From: Octopus bimaculoides
Lineage: Eukaryota
DNA: 60,228 nucleotides
Assembly: GCF_001194135.2 (NCBI RefSeq)
Contig: NC_068982.1
Span: forward strand, 56,045,277 to 56,105,504
Direction of reading: 5' to 3'
Shown here: positions 52,065 to 60,228 of the stretch, in pieces
How the letters are laid out: every line of letters begins with the position of its first letter
Position numbering within the stretch: the first letter of the stretch is position 1
Notes under the pieces: generated by a model
Told to the model about the DNA's origin: nothing
What the model saw: the letters and a program-made list of their open reading frames with translations, nothing else
The model's database searches: none
Translations under genes and position numbers: made by a program

Positions 52065-52495
52065 CCTATCTCCACCTATTGTCATGATGTTGGCCGAAAG
52101 AATACGAGCGGCCGAAATAGGTTTTTTTCCGAAGGATCTCTGGATTAGCATTACTCGACAGGATGCATAACTCTGAGTTTAGGCTATCTTTCCAGCTTGA
52201 GTTGCTACTTATTTGAATTGTGAGGTCACAGCGGCGGTACTACGGACATGTGATTACAATATCTTAGGAAAATCGCACCACGGATTCTTCAAGCTGAGCT
52301 AACCGGCAGAAGACCTTGGCGTAGACAAAGAACAAGTTGGCTGTATATCACCCATAATCTCAGCTGATCGTGATTAGGAATGCAGCCAGAAAGTCAAAAA
52401 GAAAGTTTTTTCTCATAGGACTTATAGTTGAGGTGCCTGAGGACTCTACGCCACAATACACCAAGAAATATTCGGCAGAGAAGATGGATGGAATA
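52065..52495 (+). mobile_element. RTE-clade LINE 3' remnant
   Basis: ERIRAAEIGFF/RRISGLALLDR..RSQRRYYGHV..RILQAELTGRRPWRRQRTSWL with frameshifts, ending in GATGGATGG; typical RTE/Expander-like ORF end. Confidence 0.8.
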
Positions 52496-52688
52496 AAATG
52501 ATTATTTTTTTTAAATTTTAAGGAAAGACTCTTTTTAAAGACACATTGTTATATAATTACTGGCACCAGTAATAACTGAAATAATATTTAAAATATGGAA
52601 ATTTGCTTTCAATGTTGCTGTCGAAAATTATTCGATCGGAATCGATAAATGTCTATGTTTTGTACATACCAATATGTATTCATGTACA

Positions 52689-52903
52689 AAGGCGGCGAGC
52701 TGGCAGAATTGTTCGTACACCGAACAAAATACTTAGTGGTGTTTCGTCGGTCACTACGTTCTGAGTTCAAATTCCACCGAGGTCGACTTTGCCTTTCATT
52801 CCTTTGGGGTCGATAAACGAATTATCAGTTGAGCACTGGTGTCAATGTAATTACTTAACCCTTCCCTCGAAATTGCTGGCCTTGTGCCAAATTTTGAAAC
52901 CAA
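52689..52903 (+). mobile_element. SINE family C
   Basis: Full-length match, tail GCCAAATTTTGAAACC. Confidence 0.87.
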
Positions 52904-53890
52904 TACATATTCATATATATATATATATATATATACATGTTTTATGTACGATGTAGTTTGTTCATTGTTATTTGATTTTGTTTTTCTTCCGTTCATTAAA
53001 CAGAGAAAGATTCAATCTCTGAGGCACAGAATACTTATGTTGGTATCTACATCTAAAGCAAAGATAAATTCAAACCTAAGAATACATAATCATCAGAGTG
53101 TCGAGCTCTCTTGAAAGGGAAAAGAAATGAAGTCAGATATTGCAAACGTGTATTGAGTGAAAATCGCTGTAGAGGTGACAAAGAACGTCAAAATTTCGAA
53201 GAAAATCAACAACAATCGTATAACAAAGTATAGCACACATGTATGCTCAGATTCAAAATGTGATGAAATATGGCACTTCAAACATATGCCCTTACTTCAT
53301 ATGCCTGTTACTGGTTTCAGTCAAACGCTGCGGCCATGATGGAGCACTGCCTTTTCAGTGTGTTTGGGTCTCCCTTTTGTGTTGTTTTTGGTGAAAAAGC
53401 GAGTTGGATGTTAAACAAGTTGTGGTCCCTTGAAATCAAATCTGTTGTAGTACAGGATCCTTATTCGAGATGGAGAAGGCGGGACTATTGTGTTTTGGAC
53501 ATCTTGAAACGCTGCACTGGAAATATACGTCCTTATGCAATTATATGAATACATGTGACAGTAGAAAACGTGAAGGAAATATGCAAATCGCAGATGCAGG
53601 CCCAAATGTGAATAGAAACATATTAGAAAATAAAGTTAAAATAATTACATCAGGAGGCATGGTCAATATAATTATTAAAAGCTGGCTATAATAATGAAAT
53701 CAATCAATTCAGATGTAACAATCGACAAACATGACATTGGTACGCGACAACACGACACCATAGTTTATTTATTTATGTGTTTCTGTGTGTCTGAATGTGT
53801 GCATATATGCATATAAATGTGTGTGTATATATATATATAGGGATAAATATGCATAAGTGCGTATTTATATATGTAGAAGANNNNNNNNNN

Positions 53891-53936
<46 letters not shown>

Positions 53937-54424
53937 GTACATACATATATATATATGGGGTGGGGAAGTTGTAAAATTCTAATTGATAATATGAAAGGCG
54001 TTAACCGACGAAAGTTGGTTCGAATCCCAAGCGACATAAGCTGTTTCTCTTAGTATTCATTTTCTGCGTACATAAGGTCTCATAACACACACATACACAC
54101 ACACTTACACACACGTATCTATCTGTCTATCTATCTATCTATCTATCTATCTATCCATCTATCTAATGTACTGATCCGTGATAGAAAATTCAACAAAAAA
54201 GTACTCCATCTGGTGAGAGATAACTATTAGTAGCGCTTTAATACATGTATTGGGACCTATTCATATGAGCATATTTCCTGAAGAATCTTACGATGTAAAA
54301 GAACTATATTTATAAATGTATTGACATATAATGTGTATGCAAACATACATATTATGTCCTCTTTTCTCCCAATTGTTGGTGTTTATATGTGTATAAATAC
54401 TCACATTTTTTCTGTCTGTTTCTT

Positions 54425-54461
<37 letters not shown>

Positions 54462-55438
54462 ACACATACATACACATACACGTACACGCACTCACACATA
54501 TATGCATATATAATTTCGTGGATTCAATTCCTGGAGAGACAGTGCATTGTGTTCCTGAGCAACACACTTCATTTCACATTGCTTCAGTCTACTCAGCTTT
54601 AAATGACTACCTGTCAAGTACTGCTGTCGCTTTTTCCCCTTCCAGTAGTCACTTCATGGATGTGCCGTTGGGTGAAAGAGTGGATGTACTCACGATAGCG
54701 CAGGCATTTAATTAAGGAAAGCATGGTACAAGTCATCGAACCATGCTCGTTTACGAGTGACGGCTGGCTCCGCAAAAGAGCATGCCTTGTTAACAACGCA
54801 CTGCCCGAACAGAACTTGAACCCATGACATTTATGATCGTGAGCTATCCCTGGACTGTGTCTGATGATGCTGTGAGAGCAGCCGCATAAACAGGCCAACA
54901 CACACTCTACCTCTACGCCGATGGATCTTCATATTATTTTTATCAGTTACATTAGCAGTAGAAACCGATATTCTTACAGCAATAGCTTTCAAAGAAATGT
55001 TTTAATGAAGAAAACATATAAATCAGTTCTTTTGCGAAATTAAGAAGCCACTTTAACCTAAGTTTACACTTTCCATTGCTTAAGAAAGCGGAGACATCTG
55101 TTTTTGCTGACCAACTCTTCGTTTTCTTCTGTGCTTTTTTTCCCCCACAGGTTTCAGAGGTATCGTAAGGTCATATCATTGCTTTCCACCATGACTATTC
55201 CATAACAAAGTCCTTAGAGACATGCTGCTATCACAATGAAATTTGTTATTATATTAGAAAGAATATTTATATATTTGTAAGCAACCCTCGACGCCTAATA
55301 CAAATTGGGCAGAAATTGGACGGAGTTTTTTTCTGGAATCGAGTAGCATTATATGATATTGATTTCCGGAAGTTGCAACCGAAAGCACCACAACGAAGAA
55401 ATTACAAACTTTTAAATGTTGGGTGCATAAACACTTAC

Positions 55439-55492
55439 CAGTTTTAACCTCTGCAATGCAGCAAAATCGTTTACAATTAATGGACTTTTGAG
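55439..55492 (-). CDS. Candidate 54-nt internal exon, unknown gene
   Basis: Acceptor TTGTTGTACGTTTCAG, donor TG|GTAAGT; open in phase 0 (LKSPLIVNDFAALQRLKL) and phase 1. No homology recognised. Confidence 0.3.
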
Positions 55493-55940
55493 CTGAAACG
55501 TACAACAATTATGTGTTTGTAATATAAAAATATATTCTAATAACCATAACCTAAGTTATAATTTAGGTTTCCTAAACATACATATAGGTAATATACTGTA
55601 TTAGTTGAGAGTATTATTAAATATTATTATAATCGAATATAAATCATATTTGAACACAATGGACAATACACTTAATATATTATCACTTAAAAACACTATA
55701 AGATACAGTAATTGCGGTTGATTAAATGAAGGCATATTCGGGTGATGTTACAGGTTAGGTCGGAAAAATAGGCGCACATTAAAACATGTCCCAAGTATAA
55801 ACATCTGAATTAATAAGAGAAAAGAGTAATGAAACATGGGCATGAAAAATTTAAGAAAATAAAGGACTTCAATAGATATTGAAATAATTGACAAGATTAA
55901 GTAAGCAGTTTATCAAAAACTATAACATGCACTTGCACAT

Positions 55941-56005
<65 letters not shown>

Positions 56006-56371
56006 NNNNNNNNNNNNNNNNNNNNNNNNNNNNNNNNNNNNNNNNNNNNNNNNNNNNNNNNNNNNNNNNNNNNNNNNNNNNNNNNNNNNNNNNNNNNNNN
56101 NNNNNNNNNNNNNNNNNNNNNNNNNNNNNNNNNNNNNNNNNNNNNNNNNNNNNNNNNNNNNNNNNNNNNNNNNNNNNNNNNNNNNNNNNNNNNNNNNNNN
56201 NNNNNNNNNNNNNNNNNNNNNNNNNNNNNNNNNNNNNNNNNNNNNNNNNNNNNNNNNNNNNNNNNNNNNNNNNNNNNNNNNNNNNNNNNNNNNNNNNNNN
56301 NATACATAAAATACTGATAAATACACACGTACTTGATGGCCAAAATACACACGTACATGATGACCAAAATC

Positions 56372-56436
<65 letters not shown>

Positions 56437-56572
56437 TAATGTTATATAAATAACATCAAATATTTTGGCGTGTGGCTTTTGGTCCACACTGTGAGTGTAT
56501 ATATATGTGTGCAAGAACGTGTGCGTAAATGAGTAATAATGAAGAATACGAGAACTAGAGTAAAATATTTAA

Positions 56573-57049
56573 CTCTTTTACTCTTTTACTTGTTTCAGTC
56601 ATTTGACTGCGGCCATGCTGGAGCACCGCCTTTAGTCGAGCAAATCGATCCCAGGACTTATTCTTTGTAAGACTAGTGCTTATTCTATTGGTCTCTTTCG
56701 CCGAACCGCTAAGTTACGGGGATGTAAACACACCAGCATCGGTTGTCAAGCGATGTTGCGGGGAGAGGGGACAAACACAGACACACAAACACACACACAC
56801 ACACACACATATATAAAAGGCGGCGAGCTGGCAGAAACGTTAGCACGCCGGGCGAAATGCTTAGCGGTATTTCGTCTGCCGCTACGTTCTGAGTTCAAAT
56901 TCCGCCGAGGTCGACTTTGCCTTTCATCCTTTCGGGGTCGATTAAATAATTACCAGTTACGCACTGGGGTCGGTATTATCGACTTAATCCGTTTGTCTGT
57001 CCTTGTTTGTCCCCTCTGTGTAGCCCCTTGTGGGTAGTAAAGAAATGAC

Positions 57050-57127
<78 letters not shown>

Positions 57128-57288
57128 GGCAGGCTTCTTTCAGTTTCCGTCTACTAAATCCACTCACAAGGCTTTGGTCGGCCCGAGACTATAGTAGAAG
57201 ACACTTGCCCAAAGTGCCACACAGTGGGACTGAACCCGGAACTATGTAGTTGGTAAGCAAGCTACTTACCACAGAGCCACTCCTGCGC
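56573..57288 (-). mobile_element. SINE family B interrupted by a family C SINE
   Basis: Both halves match 59059-59514; a family C copy sits inside the internal (CA)n tract. Confidence 0.9.
56816..57046 (+). mobile_element. tRNA-headed SINE family C (Meta-domain-like), nested in family B
   Basis: GGCGGCGAGCTGGCAG head, GAGTTCAAATTCC B box, central GTCGACTTTGCCTTTCATCCTTTCGGGGTCGAT; its 3' half differs from the other family C copies. Confidence 0.88.
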
Positions 57289-58040
57289 TTGTAAAGAATA
57301 ATTTTTCAATGTTAGCATCACTCTTAATTTTCAATTATTTTGTTTGCGATAACAATGGGAGTCTACATAAGTTTTATCTAGTTTTACTTGCGTGCGTGCA
57401 TGTGCTTGCGTACGTGCGTGCGTGTCTATTGGTTCATTCTTGAAGAATAGTTAGGTAATCCAATTGGTTTAGAAAGTAACAGGTCATGTATTCCATGTGG
57501 GAAAGCTATTTGGGCCTAGCAATGGAAAAAGGCTGAAGGGATGAGATTGTTTTAGTAAGTGATACGTCATTTATTTGTACATAAGTAAAAGGATGCAGAC
57601 AGAGATGAACAAGTAGGATATTGTGAGATGATAATTAATGTTATATACATGTACAACTACATCCACTTGTGCAAGTGCACGCAAATGCCTAGATCACACA
57701 GACAAGCTTCAAACTAGCCAGATAATCAAATCAAGCAACGCCGCCACTTCTAAACCTACACGTCTCCATCTATATGGCACTACGACGAGAGTTCCAGAGA
57801 GCACGTTGTGTTCTTAAGCAATACACTTCGTTTCATGTTGCTCCAGTTGCCCATTTCAGTCAGTGGGGAAAGTTGTGCTGCTCGCCAAGCCAGCTGTACG
57901 ACATCATTCAAAGGCTAAAACAATGCAAAGTGCATTGTGGTCAGTGATGTCTAACAACATCTGATAGGTTGGTTGGTCGCGTGATAAGAAAGAATACATT
58001 GTGTGTGTGTGAATTTGTGGTGTGGTGTGTGTGTGTGTGT

Positions 58041-58250
58041 GAGGGCACGTGGCCTAAGCGTTAGGGTGTTGTACTCACGCTCGCAAGATGGTAGTTTTCG
58101 AAACCCGAAACGAGTGGCATGTCATATTCTTGAGCAAAAACTCTTCATTTCATGTTGTATTGCGATCACATGTACGTAGGAAGTGTGTTAATGAGCAGTG
58201 CAGACATTTGATCAATATAAACAAATCATCTGTGCAGGTGGTCCAGTAAG
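58041..58250 (+). mobile_element. SINE family D
   Basis: Same head and core, plus the tail CATTTGATCAATATAAACAAATCATCTGTGCAGG shared with 37575-37610. Related degenerate heads or cores at 4760-4975(-), 25040-25230(-), 47725-47905(-), 54515-54620(+), 57795-57985(+). Confidence 0.7.
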
Positions 58251-58306
58251 AAGTTGCGGGGCAATCCTCTACCGCTTACAAGGAAGTCCAATACATATAC
58301 AGATAT

Positions 58307-58693
58307 TGCTGGCACTCCGTCGCTTACGACGTCGAGGGTTCCAGTTGATCCGATCAACGGAGCAGCCTGCTCGTGAAATTGACGTGACTGAGCAAGTGGC
58401 TGAGCACTCCACAGACACGTGTACCCTTAACGTAGTTCTCGGGGAGATTCAGCGTGACACAGTGTGACAAGGCTGACCCTTTGAATTACAGGTACAACAG
58501 AGAGAGGAAGAAAAAATGAGAGAAAGTTGTGGTGAAAGAGTGCAGCAGGGTTCGCCACCATCCCCTGCCGGAGCCTCGTGGAGCTTTTAGGTGTTTTCGC
58601 TCAATAAACACTCACAACGTCCGGTCTGGCAATAGAAACCGCGATCCTATGACCGCGAGTCCGCTGCCCTGACCACTGGGCCATTGCGCCTCC
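58307..58693 (-). mobile_element. SINE family A, full length, perfect 14-bp TSD
   Basis: ACATATACAGATAT at 58293-58306 and 58694-58707. Confidence 0.93.
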
Positions 58694-59058
58694 ACATATA
58701 CAGATATAAATAAGGACATACACACATAAGCACGCACGCACACCTATATAGAAAGGGCTACCAAGTTCACTCCCAATGCATTGGTCGGTCGGGGACTATC
58801 GTAAAAGACATTAACNNNNNNNNNNNNNNNNNNNNNNNNNNNNNNNNNNNNNNNNNNNNNNNNNNNNNNNNNNNNNNNNNNNNNNNNNNNNNNNNNNNNN
58901 NNNNNNNNNNNNNNNNNNNNNNNNNNNNNNNNNNNNNNNNNNNNNNNNNNNNNNNNNNNNNNNNNNNNNNNNNNNNNNNNNNNNNNNNNNNNNGAGCGTG
59001 TTAGCTGGTTGATTTCTTTTTGTGAAAATTTCAGCTTATCCAAATCGAAAGTTATGTT

Positions 59059-59230
59059 AGGCGCAGGAGTGGCTGTGTGGTAAGTAGCTTGCTTACCGAC
59101 CACATGGTTCCGGGTTCAGTCCCACTGCGTGGCACTTTGGGCAAGTGTCTTCTACTATAGCCTCGGGGCCACCAAAGCCTTGTGAGTGGATTTGGTAGAC
59201 GGAAACTGAACGATGCCCGTCGTATATATG

Positions 59231-59267
<37 letters not shown>

Positions 59268-59514
59268 CTGTGTTTGTGTGTCTGTGTTTGTGTATCTGTG
59301 TTTGTGTGTCTGTGTTTGTCCCCCTAGGTATTGCTTGACAACCGATGCTGGTGTGTTTATGTCCCCGTAACTTAGCGGTTCGGCCAAAGAGACCGATAGA
59401 ATAAGTACTAGGCTTACAAAGAATAAGTCCCCGGGGTCGATTTGTTCGATTAAAGGCGGTGCTCCAGCATGGCCGCAGTCAAATGACTGAAACAAGTAAA
59501 AGTGTAAAGAGTAA
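59059..59514 (+). mobile_element. tRNA-headed CORE-type SINE family B with internal (TA)n(TG)n microsatellite
   Basis: Head TGGCTGTGTGG..GGTTCAGTCCC, CORE-like GTGGCACTTTGGGCAAGTGTCTTCT, internal microsatellite, tail GACTGAAACAAGTAAAAG repeats. Confidence 0.9.
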
Positions 59515-60228
59515 ATATATACTCACAAAACCAACTGCACCAATTATCATAGGTATTAATGAGAATTTATGATCTGGGTATAGAAAGTATAGAAGGTATC
59601 TGGGTATAGAAGGTAAAGGTCTGTTGTTATCCTCTTTCTCTGCTTTTCGCGGAGATATTAACACCAGCAGACAGCTGACTTCAATCACCCAGTCTGTTAT
59701 ATTTGCACTTTGTATGTATGTATGTATGTATGTATGTATGTATGTACGCATGTATTTATGTATATGTATGCGTATTTATATTTACCGTATAGTCCACTTT
59801 TAATCTATAACATGAGAGGATAAATTGTTTCCTTCAATTTCTGCAATAATAATTCAGCTCTGGGTTTGATATGCAATGCCGTGTAAAGCGACACCGAAAC
59901 ATGTATATGTCTTCCACTGAGTGTCACAATGTGTATATTTACTGTACGACTTAATTGTGTCTAAGTTGGAAAGCATATTTTAAACATAATTAACTTGCAC
60001 TCTTGCATGACACATTAAGCTTTCAAGGAAAATATTGTAAACATATGGTTTTACATAATACATACAGATCGCGAGAGCAAACTCACACACACACACACAC
60101 ACGTGTGTGTGTATGTGTGTGTGTACGTGCGTGTGTACGTGTGTTTGTGTGCTTATGCATGCATATATGTGAATGAGTCCTGTGTGTGTGTTTGAATATG
60201 CACATGCATATATGTATATATATATATA

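Noticed and set aside
53400-53700. Possible further RLE-LINE remnant (LHWK motif)
   Set aside because: Too few diagnostic residues in register.
28784-58467. Recurring peptide LISRAGCSVDRINWNPRRRKRRS in several ORFs
   Set aside because: Translation of the SINE family A body, not a protein family.

Overview
Eukaryotic, AT-rich, microsatellite-saturated genomic DNA from a draft assembly (21 N-gaps, about 6.3 kb, most next to (TA)n/(CA)n arrays). The repeat families resemble those of octopod cephalopods; this is inferred from pattern recognition, not a database hit. I recognise no host protein-coding gene: the long ORFs in the track are microsatellite or N-gap artefacts or transposon remnants, and only weak splice-site-bounded exon candidates exist on either strand. 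Supported content: one nearly intact Tc1 (DD34E) transposon (35348-36678, three nonsense codons, no frameshift); decayed maT/DD37D, Tigger/pogo, Chapaev-like and hAT DNA elements; fragments of RLE-type (R2/R4 group), RTE and CR1/L2-group LINEs; and four tRNA-headed SINE families in many copies. The most unusual signal is a set of minimal type-I hammerhead-ribozyme-like motifs in several unrelated non-coding elements, several within or beside head-to-head inverted repeats centred on AT-rich microsatellites. The best case is a complete core at the tip of a 142-nt hairpin at 39390-39531. Coordinates were read by eye; boundaries of decayed elements are approximate.
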